Below, one piece after another: positions 28,820 to 38,282 of a stretch of DNA of 64,000 nt (positions within the stretch are counted from its first letter, which is position 1; each line of letters opens with the position of its first letter). The position numbers were made by a program, and so were the translations under genes. This DNA is from a virus. Where the stretch lies: the IMG/VR virus record IMGVR_UViG_3300010158_000045, positions 25,398 to 89,397 of that record; one strand, 5' to 3'. A model generated the notes under the pieces. That model worked only from the letters and a program-made list of their open reading frames with translations. It was not told the DNA's origin and did no database searches.

Positions 28820-29700
28820 AAAGTTTCTATTTTCTCATGTATCCATGTATCTATATCAAATTGATCTAACCAGAATTGATAATTATCTATGTTATCGATA
28901 GCATCTTTAATCATATTTAGGTATGCTTCTTCCGGACACCATCCTAATTCAAATCGTTCTATCTTGTTATCCGGCATTACAAACTCAATAGAGCTATCTT
29001 CTTCGTCCATACTACGCCAATTAGCTGTACAACGCCATTTACTGCCAAAGTTAATAACACACATATCATCGACATTGTATGTACCTTGTGGATTTACCAC
29101 TCCGTAATCAGTACTGTCAATGTCTTTTAACTCCCAACACTGCATAGCAGTTTTACCGCTAACAGTATCTGCTCTCCATTGAGAGTTCATAGCTACATAC
29201 AAACTTAACAAATGGGGCATTAAGTCTCGACTAACTCCGCCAAACGCTAATTTCTTAGTAGTAAACCAACTGCCAGGACTGGGAATACAATTTTTACGTA
29301 TCCAACGGATCTTAACTGTTTTAGCTCGATGGGCTAACTCTTTTAACTCAGCAATATTGCTACGCCACATATTATTTTTAACCATAATAAAGCGTGTTTG
29401 CGTAAACGTAGTTATTAGTTTTTGCCAAGTAGCACTGGTAGCAACGCCTGGTTTTTCAATAAAAACAATTTTACTAATAGGCGCAAGTTTTGCCGCAATT
29501 TCAAAATGCGTAAAATTTGGAGTACAAATATGCACAGTATCGAATCTACCATGTACTACAATAGCAGTATCAATGCTGATAAAATCTGCACCTTTACTGC
29601 TGTCATGATCGACGGTGACTACTTCATGTCCAAGTTTAGTTAAGACAGATTTGTATAACTGTCCAATACCCATGCCAATAATAAGGCTACGCTTGCTCAT
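28816..29700 (-). CDS. Gfo/Idh/MocA family NAD(P) oxidoreductase
   Basis: IIGMGIG, ICTPNFTH, FIEKP, GGVSRDLMPH. Confidence 0.85.
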   Translation of the reverse strand: MSKRSLIIGMGIGQLYKSVLTKLGHEVVTVDHDSSKGADFISIDTAIVVHGRFDTVHICTPNFTHFEIAAKLAPISKIVFIEKPGVATSATWQKLITTFTQTRFIMVKNNMWRSNIAELKELAHRAKTVKIRWIRKNCIPSPGSWFTTKKLAFGGVSRDLMPHLLSLYVAMNSQWRADTVSGKTAMQCWELKDIDSTDYGVVNPQGTYNVDDMCVINFGSKWRCTANWRSMDEEDSSIEFVMPDNKIERFELGWCPEEAYLNMIKDAIDNIDNYQFWLDQFDIDTWIHEKIETL

Positions 29701-29932
29701 TTTTCTTTTCCTCGTAGGCTCTAAACATTCGAGTTACTTCTTCCATTTGTTTTTGAAACACTTCGGGAGCACCTATTGCCGCAATTTGCATATCATATTC
29801 GCTGGGATAATGTCGTAAACAGCGTCTAGCACTATCTTTAATTGCTTTAGGCACTCGAGGAGTAGTTAAGATCTCTAGTAAAAATCTTTGAGTCTGTACT
29901 ACTGCTCGATATCTTTCATCAGGTAATGTCAT
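29687..29932 (-). CDS. Hypothetical protein
   Basis: MTLPDERYRAV...CLRHYP small phage-type protein. Confidence 0.6.
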   Translation of the reverse strand: MTLPDERYRAVVQTQRFLLEILTTPRVPKAIKDSARRCLRHYPSEYDMQIAAIGAPEVFQKQMEEVTRMFRAYEEKKNEQA

Positions 29933-31625
29933 GTACACTTGCCTCTAATGCGTCAAGTTTATCAATAGCCGATTCGTCAAAATCAACTTCTTCATCTGAT
30001 TGTACACTATCTTCGTCCACTTCGTCAAACAATACGGAGAACATTTTACCAGCATTTACCGTTTTCTTACCAGTTGCGCCACGTGTTCCAGGAATAGCTT
30101 GCCAAAATTTATCAAATCCGTCAATGATTGCTTCTGCCGTTGCTCTATCTGGAGCACTAAAAATGGCATCTACTACATCTTTAAAGTAAACTCTTTCAAA
30201 TTTTTCATCGACAAGCATAGCAGGACATAAGCCGGCGTCGTATTGACGATTGGCTTCTTGTACACTATTCAAATGTAACCATACATTATGACCCATCATA
30301 ATAGCATAGGTGAAGCTATCCCAACTTGTCTTGCCTTCTTTACCTATCTTATTTAGGTCTCCAGGGCCGTATATACAAATATCTTTTACTTCTACACCAT
30401 CCATTAATGGACTTGTAGTAAAAGAAGTAAAATGTTTGTCTTGTACTACTACATCTTGGAAGAGTCGTGTGTCTTTGCTGTATTTTTTGTTGTCAAGACT
30501 TGGCAACATGCGATAGAGCCATTTTTGTCTGTCTTCGATTTCTGTTTGGACATAGATCTGTCCGTTTGCTGTTGCCAGAAACGGTGAGGCGCAGTCAAAA
30601 GATATGGTAAAGTTTTCATTATGATATTTCCTTATAGCTCGTTGTATGTCAGTTAATAACAATGCCCACTCTAACTTAGAGGTGCCCAGGAAGTGCATCC
30701 AATCTTGATGACCTTTTTCAAGAAGACCGTCAAATTTCAATGCCACTAATCTACGTAATACCAAATCTACGTCACACATATTTTGTCCACCCATAGCCCA
30801 GCCATTAAATGCCTTATCGCCATAGATGTTGGGATCGCAAAAGTCTTTCATTTGTTGATACCAATCTTCTGCTTGTCCGTGATTTTCGCCTTGCAATACA
30901 TTTAAAAACTTACAAGCACCTGTACGATGTTTAATAAAGTATTCATTATTGTATTTTGTAGCGTTTACAGCTTGTTGATATGAACTAATACCAGTAGCCG
31001 CTTTTCCAACAGGGCTACGTTCAACCCACGCTGGAATATCAAGTACCATGCCGTAATCCATAAGTGCATCCATCCAAGTTAACACTTGTTCACGTTTCTT
31101 CTGCGCCGCATCTAACAGTGCTTGATAGTTTTTAACATGATCAATTTTAGTATACTTAGGATTTCCGTTTTTATCTAACTTAGGATCGCCAGTTGGATGT
31201 AATTGAGGTACAAGTTCAACTCCTTTAGCCTGCACTTCTTTCCATTTGGCCGCAACTTCAGGGCCGGTAGGATCACGCCATTCTCCTGCCCATACGCCTT
31301 TACCAATTTGGAATCCACCTGAATCTCCTAGGACCCAACTTGTTGAACGATCTCTGTTGCGGAACATGTCTTCGCTAGGATCTGGTTTGGTCAAATCTAA
31401 ATTAGCATGTCCTGCTGAGTATAAACAATGGTCAAAGTAAAATGCCGCATTAGGATTTAAGTAATTCATTGCTTCAATACCCAATGGCCCAAAACTCTTA
31501 GGGATACGTGCAGGGTCAACATAGTTACTATAACGTTGTTTACCTATATAAGTGCTATAAAATCCTGACGTTGCCGGCAGGAAATACGCATAGTCCGATT
31601 GAGTTGCTGTTAGATTTCTATTCAT
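29919..31625 (-). CDS. dpdA: TGT-fold base-exchange enzyme (DpdA-like DNA 7-deazaguanine transglycosylase)
   Basis: GDSGGFQ, VLDIP, NVLQG, WAMGG, HFLG, SFDCAS motifs of the TGT family; clustered with folE, queE and queD-like genes. Confidence 0.75.
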   Translation of the reverse strand: MNRNLTATQSDYAYFLPATSGFYSTYIGKQRYSNYVDPARIPKSFGPLGIEAMNYLNPNAAFYFDHCLYSAGHANLDLTKPDPSEDMFRNRDRSTSWVLGDSGGFQIGKGVWAGEWRDPTGPEVAAKWKEVQAKGVELVPQLHPTGDPKLDKNGNPKYTKIDHVKNYQALLDAAQKKREQVLTWMDALMDYGMVLDIPAWVERSPVGKAATGISSYQQAVNATKYNNEYFIKHRTGACKFLNVLQGENHGQAEDWYQQMKDFCDPNIYGDKAFNGWAMGGQNMCDVDLVLRRLVALKFDGLLEKGHQDWMHFLGTSKLEWALLLTDIQRAIRKYHNENFTISFDCASPFLATANGQIYVQTEIEDRQKWLYRMLPSLDNKKYSKDTRLFQDVVVQDKHFTSFTTSPLMDGVEVKDICIYGPGDLNKIGKEGKTSWDSFTYAIMMGHNVWLHLNSVQEANRQYDAGLCPAMLVDEKFERVYFKDVVDAIFSAPDRATAEAIIDGFDKFWQAIPGTRGATGKKTVNAGKMFSVLFDEVDEDSVQSDEEVDFDESAIDKLDALEASVHDIT

Positions 31626-31976
31626 TTAGATCCAGTGTTGTGCTAGTACCATTAGACTTAACCAAGCCCACATAGTATTAAAGCCTACTAGTGTTGGCAA
31701 TGCTTTTTTACGGCTTGCCCAAATAAGTGTTACGCTGGTTAGTAATGTTAGATAATATAGTTCCCAGATTTGAATACCAAATATTAAACCTGGAATAATG
31801 ATGATGGCTTTGGCCAACCAACTGACAAATTCTACAGTATTGTATCCTGTCCAATACTCTTTGGTAAACCACATCATATAGCAGTCACGCATATTTGCCC
31901 AGCCGCTATGGCTATAACTAATTGCCATTAGTACTAGCCATACACCTACTGCCAATAGAATTTGATCTGTAGTCAT
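31626..31976 (-). CDS. Small multi-pass membrane protein
   Basis: MTTDQ..., about 4 hydrophobic segments. Confidence 0.65.
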   Translation of the reverse strand: MTTDQILLAVGVWLVLMAISYSHSGWANMRDCYMMWFTKEYWTGYNTVEFVSWLAKAIIIIPGLIFGIQIWELYYLTLLTSVTLIWASRKKALPTLVGFNTMWAWLSLMVLAQHWI

Positions 31977-31977
31977 A

Positions 31978-32709
31978 TTATTTGCTCTGTGCCGGTAAAA
32001 TATATTCGTATTCTGCAATACCGCTGTCTACTGTAATTTGTAGTGCGCCTTGGTCACTAATACGCATTGTTTTGTCGCCAGTTAGATTAAGAATACTCAT
32101 AACTTGTACAACGGGCCAAGACCATGCTTGTTTTAATTTGCCATCCACACCTGCTTGGAACGTAAATGATCCAGCGTGTGTGCTTGCATCTCCGAAACTA
32201 AACACTAGATTGTTGTTGTCTGTTCGAACTTGGAATGTTTGTTCTTCAGTGTGAGCACTTGCTTGGAACTTTAGCTTTTGAATACTAGCCATAGTCGGAG
32301 CAAATTCTATGTTCCATGTTGCACCTTTGAACTTAACCGTCTTAAGTTTGTCATTGATGACTTCTGTGTTCATGAAACGATAGTCGTTTTCGAAGTCGCC
32401 AGGCCCGTTTTGAAAATGCAATCCTGTTGGAATTGTTTCTCCATTGCGTTCTTGCTTGACCACTTTAATGGTAAAGTTTTCTTTGTATTCTGGACACTTT
32501 AAATGGATGTCTAGTTTATTTAGGTTAGGCATACCAAATACGCCTTCTAAGTCGTCGATTGCTTCTTTGGTCTTTGCATTAAGGATAACGCTACGATCTT
32601 CAGCCATTGATTCGATAACTGTTTCTTTATCAGTTGCACTAATTTTAATTAGTGGCAAAAATCCTAGGCTGTGTGTATGTGCTACTAGGTCTTGTAAAAA
32701 GTCTTTCAT
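31978..32709 (-). CDS. Putative DNA polymerase sliding clamp (gp45-like)
   Basis: 243 aa alpha/beta protein ending YEYILPA; close to pol B; clamp loader present in window. Confidence 0.6.
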   Translation of the reverse strand: MKDFLQDLVAHTHSLGFLPLIKISATDKETVIESMAEDRSVILNAKTKEAIDDLEGVFGMPNLNKLDIHLKCPEYKENFTIKVVKQERNGETIPTGLHFQNGPGDFENDYRFMNTEVINDKLKTVKFKGATWNIEFAPTMASIQKLKFQASAHTEEQTFQVRTDNNNLVFSFGDASTHAGSFTFQAGVDGKLKQAWSWPVVQVMSILNLTGDKTMRISDQGALQITVDSGIAEYEYILPAQSK

Positions 32710-32729
32710 ATGATTCTCCGTATTGTGTT

Positions 32730-32757
32730 ATTATATAGGTTTTTGTGACTATGTCAA
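32730..32757 (-). promoter_or_regulatory. sigma70 promoter TTGACA-16-TATAAT
   Basis: Perfect hexamers upstream of the clamp gene RBS. Confidence 0.6.
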
Positions 32758-33522
32758 ATGTTTTCTTATCGTTTTATTATATTCTACTGCCGCATCGAGT
32801 ATGGTCAAAGGTTGTTGGGCCTTATTTGCATATTCGAGTAACGCATTAGTATCCTTGGGGAAACAAGCACCCCCAAATCCTCTGTCTCCGTCGAAGCCAA
32901 CAACAGTATGACTATTACCGATACGAGAATCGTGAGCAATAATTTGCCTTACTAAATTGTAGTCAGCGCCACTAACCTTGCATAGATCATATAACTGATT
33001 AAAAAATGCTACTTTAGTGGCTAGGAAACTGTTAATACTGTATTTGACCAACGATGCTTCAGTCACACTACAGTAAAAATACAATTTACAATCAGGAAGT
33101 ACTGATGTAAATAATTCTTGCCAAAATCCTTCTGGATCTTCTCCACCTAGTACCATGTACTTTTGATTGGCAAAATCCTCCACTGAGCTAACAGCCCGTA
33201 AAAATTCTGGATTGTAGCAAATACTGTGATTTTCAAATGCTGATTGTATTGCAAACAATTGATCCGGCACTATTGTAGATTTAATCAGTACTGGCATGAA
33301 TACAGGAACTGATTTTAATACAGCATAGACTTGACTGTCATCACATGCATGTTGCTCTGTTTGGGGAGTACCCACACAGACAATAATACCATCAGCATCT
33401 GAATGATCAGCAATCGACTCGTTGCCATATTTTGGATCAACAATAACTAACTCATGTTGTTTTTCTAGTGTACTTGCCACTGCTTTGCCTACAAAGCCAT
33501 ATCCTGCGATTATAATTTTCAT
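32749..33522 (-). CDS. ugd: UDP-glucose/GDP-mannose dehydrogenase (short form)
   Basis: IAGYGFVG, CVGTP, IKST, NPEFLR, N.FLATKV, catalytic GFGGACFPKD; C-terminal domain absent. Confidence 0.85.
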   Translation of the reverse strand: MKIIIAGYGFVGKAVASTLEKQHELVIVDPKYGNESIADHSDADGIIVCVGTPQTEQHACDDSQVYAVLKSVPVFMPVLIKSTIVPDQLFAIQSAFENHSICYNPEFLRAVSSVEDFANQKYMVLGGEDPEGFWQELFTSVLPDCKLYFYCSVTEASLVKYSINSFLATKVAFFNQLYDLCKVSGADYNLVRQIIAHDSRIGNSHTVVGFDGDRGFGGACFPKDTNALLEYANKAQQPLTILDAAVEYNKTIRKHLT

Positions 33523-33523
33523 A

Positions 33524-36193
33524 TTAAAACTCGAATAAACTGTTAAATGTATTTTTTTCTTCGGTACTTCTCACGTCCCATTTAAGCACACCAATCAAAT
33601 TTTCTAATTTCTTATCAATAATAGTGGCCTCCATTTCTGCATGATCAAAAGGCAAATCCTTGAACCACTGCGGAAGTCTCAGCTCGTCTACTGGATAAGC
33701 CACACTGGTAAACGCCAGCGGATTAGGTTTGAGTTTACAAACAATAACTTTCTGACCATCAGTAATGTTCATTGAGTATTTGTCGTTGTACATTCTTTTG
33801 AGCGTATTCCAATTAATACTTGCTCGTACATGACCAGGCATATTAGCCTTGCCAGCTTTCTTCTCTTTTGCTTCGTATTCTGTAACTTTGTTTGCACGTT
33901 TTGGACTTCCTTTTTCCCAACCTGGACGAGCTTTGAATTTACTTCTAAACTCACTAATGCTGTCTAACACAGCCTGTTCTTCCTTGCCAGTAAGCACCAT
34001 TTCTAAAACTTCGCTTAAAAAGTCTTGAATAAATTCTGGTGTATCACTGCGTTTGAGATCCAGCCCCATGGCTTTAATCTTGCCTGGTTTGCCATCTACG
34101 TCTGTGCGCTTGCCTTCTTTATCATAATACAGCACCGCATAACGTTTCTTGGTAATGAATAAACTCTTTGACCCAACAATTTCTCGGCCAGCTTTGATAA
34201 CTTCGCCACGTGATTTAGGTACGTGGAATGTGTCCAACATAAACTGTGGGAACGTGTTGTTAACTTCATCTGCAATTTGATCATACAGTTGAATTACATT
34301 TTCCCGACTCCACGGAATTGCGCCACTATCGATATCTTTCTTTAACGTCTTGTATGCTGAGAAATAACATGAGTCTGTATCACCATAGATAACTGCTTTA
34401 CCCACGTGGTCATACTCACCTGTGATAATTTCATTTACCTTACTGGCCATATGCTTGGCAATTTGTCTGCCAACCAATGTTGTCGACTGACCAATTCGCT
34501 TGTCAAAGAACCTGCATCCACTGTTAAGAATAGCACCATACAAACTGTTAAGATTAATTTTCTTAACCAACTGTCGTTTGTCCCAATATTCCTCTTCAAC
34601 TTTATTGCCGGCCTTGATAGCTTCTTTTAATTTGGCCTGCATTTCTTTACGTTCTGCATACCAGCGTTTTAGTAGTCCAGGAATAATACCTTCTTTTTCA
34701 TAAGTAAAAATTGTGCCGTTACTAGACAACATCCAAGGTTGGTTACTTTCAAATATGAGTCTATATACTTCGGCGGCACTTACTACGTCAACATCTCCGT
34801 TTTCCCAATCAATGGTAATGTCTGTGCCAATCTCTTGAGCCATTACTGCTTCATATTCATCCGCACCGAATTTACCTTCCCAGGCAGCCGCAAAACTTTT
34901 ACCTTTGGCTATTTGTGCTTCGATGTATTCTTCAGTTTTAGTCTGACGTAACTGTCCAATAATTGTTTCTGGACCCATGTTAAGCGCACGAATAGCACTT
35001 GGATAAAGACTATTGATATCCAATGAACCTACCCAGTCTTGAATACCTTCTTTGGGATAAGCAACATACGCACCAGCCGCACCTTCGTTATCTTCACGTT
35101 CACTCATCTTAGTGCGGTTAGGCACTTGCATGCCTCTGCGATGGCATTCGTTAATAATAGCTTGCTCAGTTACCGCCACAGCACCCATTGTTGTCTGTAG
35201 TAATACTGTATTTTCATGTGCCAGTGTATTGGCAAGGTCCATGAACTTTAATTTCTTATCAAGATCGTCAAGCAGTTTACAGTCATTGATGTTATATTCA
35301 ACAAACGTCTTAAAGTCATTGTTGTATAATTGGTCGAGTGTACCTTCATATTGTGTTTTACGTTTACCTAACTCATATTCCGCAATGGCGTCAAGTCTAT
35401 AACTGTGGCGTTCTTCATACGTATACTTACGGTACAACTCAAGATAGTCTAAATGAACGCGACCAATGTAGTCATAGGTTACACTATCACGACCAAACTT
35501 TTCATATTCTCTGCGTTTAGGAAACTGATCAAACAAACAGAAACGACGGGTATCTTCTTTACTCAATACCTTTGTCACTCTATTTGTGGTATAAGGCACG
35601 TCAAATCCTTCACTGTTCCAACCACTAAGCACGTCTGCATCTTTAATTAGATCCAAGAACATATCCAACAAGTCTGCTTCTTTGTCAAACAAATAAGTGT
35701 TAGGAAAATCTTTGACCATTTCCTTGGCTTCTTCCATCTTAAGACCTTTAGGAGGAATAGCCAAACATACCATAGTTTCTAACCATTGTAGGTAGACAGC
35801 AATCGCAGTAATTGGCATGAACGCATCATCTGGACTTGCATAGCCACGCTCTGGATCAAAGTCTACCTCAATATCGAAAAATGCTACATTTAGTTTAGGC
35901 GCATCTTGATTTAAATAGTGTTCACTTAGTGTAACAAAGATTGGATTAATATCGCTTTCAAACAATTCTTTGCCGCTGTTAATAGCCTGCTCTTTTCTGA
36001 GCTCTTTAGTATTTTTACAAACAATCTTGGTTAAGGAATCGCCGTAGATGGATTCAAATTTGCCGCGAGGGTCTTTAACATAGAACGTGTGTTTGACAGG
36101 AATGTCACGGAACTCACGCTCACCTTTTTTATTACGTTCAACAACGCGAATGATATCATTCTCGCGGTCAAACCATGCGTCTACATAAGACAT
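33524..36193 (-). CDS. Family B DNA polymerase
   Basis: Exo DIE, WNSEGFD, YNIND; polymerase DINSLYPS, KINLNSLYG, YGDTDS, KKRYA. Confidence 0.97.
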   Translation of the reverse strand: MSYVDAWFDRENDIIRVVERNKKGEREFRDIPVKHTFYVKDPRGKFESIYGDSLTKIVCKNTKELRKEQAINSGKELFESDINPIFVTLSEHYLNQDAPKLNVAFFDIEVDFDPERGYASPDDAFMPITAIAVYLQWLETMVCLAIPPKGLKMEEAKEMVKDFPNTYLFDKEADLLDMFLDLIKDADVLSGWNSEGFDVPYTTNRVTKVLSKEDTRRFCLFDQFPKRREYEKFGRDSVTYDYIGRVHLDYLELYRKYTYEERHSYRLDAIAEYELGKRKTQYEGTLDQLYNNDFKTFVEYNINDCKLLDDLDKKLKFMDLANTLAHENTVLLQTTMGAVAVTEQAIINECHRRGMQVPNRTKMSEREDNEGAAGAYVAYPKEGIQDWVGSLDINSLYPSAIRALNMGPETIIGQLRQTKTEEYIEAQIAKGKSFAAAWEGKFGADEYEAVMAQEIGTDITIDWENGDVDVVSAAEVYRLIFESNQPWMLSSNGTIFTYEKEGIIPGLLKRWYAERKEMQAKLKEAIKAGNKVEEEYWDKRQLVKKINLNSLYGAILNSGCRFFDKRIGQSTTLVGRQIAKHMASKVNEIITGEYDHVGKAVIYGDTDSCYFSAYKTLKKDIDSGAIPWSRENVIQLYDQIADEVNNTFPQFMLDTFHVPKSRGEVIKAGREIVGSKSLFITKKRYAVLYYDKEGKRTDVDGKPGKIKAMGLDLKRSDTPEFIQDFLSEVLEMVLTGKEEQAVLDSISEFRSKFKARPGWEKGSPKRANKVTEYEAKEKKAGKANMPGHVRASINWNTLKRMYNDKYSMNITDGQKVIVCKLKPNPLAFTSVAYPVDELRLPQWFKDLPFDHAEMEATIIDKKLENLIGVLKWDVRSTEEKNTFNSLFEF

Positions 36194-36208
36194 AAAATAC
36201 TTTCTCCA

Positions 36209-36259
36209 TGCAATTTAGGGCTTGCAAATACCTATGTGCTGTTTATGGCCAGCTAACCT
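36209..36259 (-). promoter_or_regulatory. Tandem stem-loop/pseudoknot element in DNA polymerase 5' leader
   Basis: AGGTta-GCTG-GCCATAAA-CAGC and AGGTatt-TGCAA-GCCCTAAA-TTGCA directly before the GGAG RBS. Confidence 0.55.
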
Positions 36260-36275
36260 TTAACAACAATATTTA

Positions 36276-36533
36276 TTAGATACGTTTTGTGATATCTAAA
36301 ATTGCTTCGATCTCTTCCCAATCTTCATTGTAAGCCGCCCAATCGCCTTTATGTGCAATCTTGATAGCTTTGTTAATAACACTTGGTTTAATTTGTAATT
36401 CTTCCGCAACTGCTTTAACAGTTTCTTTTAAGCCTTCTTGTAAGTCTTCGACTTCACGTAGTACTGTGCTACCTTCTGAAATCAAACGCTCGAGTTTTGC
36501 CTTTTCTTCTGCACCGTATGAACGACCGCCCAT
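36276..36533 (-). CDS. Small DNA-binding protein (T4 DsbA-like)
   Basis: 85 aa helical protein; LKETVKAVAEELQIKPSVINKAIKIAH pattern. Confidence 0.55.
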   Translation of the reverse strand: MGGRSYGAEEKAKLERLISEGSTVLREVEDLQEGLKETVKAVAEELQIKPSVINKAIKIAHKGDWAAYNEDWEEIEAILDITKRI

Positions 36534-36557
36534 GTAAATCTCCTAATGTATATGCCT

Positions 36558-36586
36558 ATTATACGTTACTTATCCTGTAAATGCAA
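36558..36586 (-). promoter_or_regulatory. sigma70-like promoter TTGCAT-17-TATAAT
   Basis: Just downstream of the terminator and upstream of the dsbA-like/pol genes. Confidence 0.55.
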
Positions 36587-36599
36587 CCTTTAGAGGTGG

Positions 36600-36626
36600 A
36601 AATGGCAGAAATTAATCTGCCATTTT
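36600..36626 (-). terminator. Rho-independent terminator
   Basis: AAATGGCAGA/TCTGCCATTT stem immediately after the stop of the LysM gene. Confidence 0.65.
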
Positions 36627-36627
36627 A

Positions 36628-38280
36628 TTACTTAATGTTTGCTATTCTTAACCAACGAGCCAACTCATCTGATTCTTTTACTGGTGCAGTGTCAGCTTTG
36701 GAGCCAGGTGCACTGGCTAAACTTGCGGCCGCCGGATTGTTTTGAACATTTTGTTTATCTTTATCAATCAGTTGAGCGGTAGTAGGAGTGTTTTGTGGAT
36801 TCAATTTATCTTTGGCAATTTGTTGATCCACATCACTCATTGCCGCAGTTTGCGCGGCTGGAGAACTTTTGATCTCCTCCAAATCATCCAATTGTGATTC
36901 TAAATCTTTTAGTTGACGAATATTATCTTCATCTTCAGATTTTTCTAAATCAATAATTAGTGCGGCTAACTGAGCTTTCATTGCATCAATTTCTTTTTGT
37001 GTAGCTTCAATTTCTTCTTTCTTTTTAGTGTCTTCAGCGGCCTTGGCATCATCAGCTGGTGTATCATCAGGACGAGGCTTTGCAATTGACGGTTGTTCAA
37101 CTGGTTTAGAGCCTACACCTTGGTCATATGTTGGCTTACCACTGGCTGGAGGAATTGTTATTGTTGCCCCTGCTGTAATCTTGTTAGGGTTTGTAATACT
37201 AGGATTAGCGGCCATCAATTCAGCAACGCTTACATTATTTCGTTTAGCAATAGTACTTAAATTATCACCAGGTTTGATCTGATAAGTCGTTGGCTCAGAT
37301 GTTTTAGCATCTGCACTTGGGTTAACAGCACTTGGAGTAGCACCTGCACTAGGTGCAGTAGTCGCACCGTTAGCTGTTGCCATTTGGTCAGCAGTTGGGC
37401 CATTTCGTTGACCTTGTCCGCCACCGATTTGACTACCAGCAGCCGCAACAGCCGCCAAGGCTGCCGCAATACTCTTCTTAGGATTATCTTTTAGCCATGC
37501 GCCTACGCCTGATTTCATATTGTCTGGAACAGCTCTCCAGGCCGCATCATCAATATCTGGGCGAGGTTTAGGCATGCCAACACGGCTACCCCAACCTGGA
37601 ATTTTGCTCCAGTCGTCTGGGTTTGATCCAAACTTTTTCATTATATTAGGAAGCATTTCTCCAGCTGACTGTGCCGCACCCAATGGCCCTGGCAATCTCA
37701 ACCCTGCTTCAAACAAATCGCTAAAACTTTCCATCAATGATTCTTTTAGAGGTTTGTCTGCTGGTGCATCTGTTTTTGCAGTGGACAAGGATGCTAATTT
37801 GTCTTTAAGAGCTTTGTACTTGGGAATTAAATCTGTTAATTGTTTTAATTCGTCATCCTCTTTAGTTTGACGGGCAATAGCCGCTTGACTGCCGCCTTGT
37901 ACTCCTGCATCATAATCTTTATTACTAGAACTGAAAGGATTTAAATGACGTAAAAATGTACTTGTATTTGCTTTAGGAGGAACTAGTCCACGCTTTGCCA
38001 ACAATGCATCGCTAGATTCTGTACCAGTAGCACTGATACGTGGTTTAGATTGACCTGTCCCGCTGTCACTGCGATCCATCTCTGGATCAGCACTGACAAA
38101 GTATCCACTAACTGGATCATATAGTCCGGGCAACTTATTATTTTGTGCAAGAGTCATTAGGATCTGAGCACGTTTTTGTTCGTCTTTTTCTTGACCAACT
38201 TGAGCTTCGATATCTTTTAGACGTAAGCCTTCGTTGAGCTCAATAGACTCTATGCGATTAATTAAATCTCGTAAGTTCAT
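36628..38280 (-). CDS. LysM-domain protein, probable internal head/ejected protein
   Basis: YQIKPGDNLSTIAKRNNVSVAELMAANPSITNPNKITAGATITIP LysM; hydrophobic segment; ends ESDELARWLRIA. Confidence 0.75.
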   Translation of the reverse strand: MNLRDLINRIESIELNEGLRLKDIEAQVGQEKDEQKRAQILMTLAQNNKLPGLYDPVSGYFVSADPEMDRSDSGTGQSKPRISATGTESSDALLAKRGLVPPKANTSTFLRHLNPFSSSNKDYDAGVQGGSQAAIARQTKEDDELKQLTDLIPKYKALKDKLASLSTAKTDAPADKPLKESLMESFSDLFEAGLRLPGPLGAAQSAGEMLPNIMKKFGSNPDDWSKIPGWGSRVGMPKPRPDIDDAAWRAVPDNMKSGVGAWLKDNPKKSIAAALAAVAAAGSQIGGGQGQRNGPTADQMATANGATTAPSAGATPSAVNPSADAKTSEPTTYQIKPGDNLSTIAKRNNVSVAELMAANPSITNPNKITAGATITIPPASGKPTYDQGVGSKPVEQPSIAKPRPDDTPADDAKAAEDTKKKEEIEATQKEIDAMKAQLAALIIDLEKSEDEDNIRQLKDLESQLDDLEEIKSSPAAQTAAMSDVDQQIAKDKLNPQNTPTTAQLIDKDKQNVQNNPAAASLASAPGSKADTAPVKESDELARWLRIANIK

Positions 38281-38282
38281 TA

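Noticed and set aside
29919-31625. Canonical tRNA-guanine transglycosylase (tgt)
   Set aside because: It lacks the CxCxxC Zn site of bacterial Tgt, is much longer, and sits in a phage replication locus; a DNA-acting DpdA-like role is more plausible but unproven.
20295-33522. queC, queF or canonical queD genes
   Set aside because: No SGGxDS PP-loop, QueF motif or CxxxHGH motif in any ORF; they may lie outside the window.
33524-36193. Intein or intron in the DNA polymerase
   Set aside because: Normal length (889 aa) and contiguous motifs; no splicing signatures.
36209-36259. Possible preQ1 riboswitch, given the nearby deazaguanine genes
   Set aside because: It lacks the preQ1-I loop consensus and the A-rich 3' tail that pairs back to the loop; kept only as an unclassified element.
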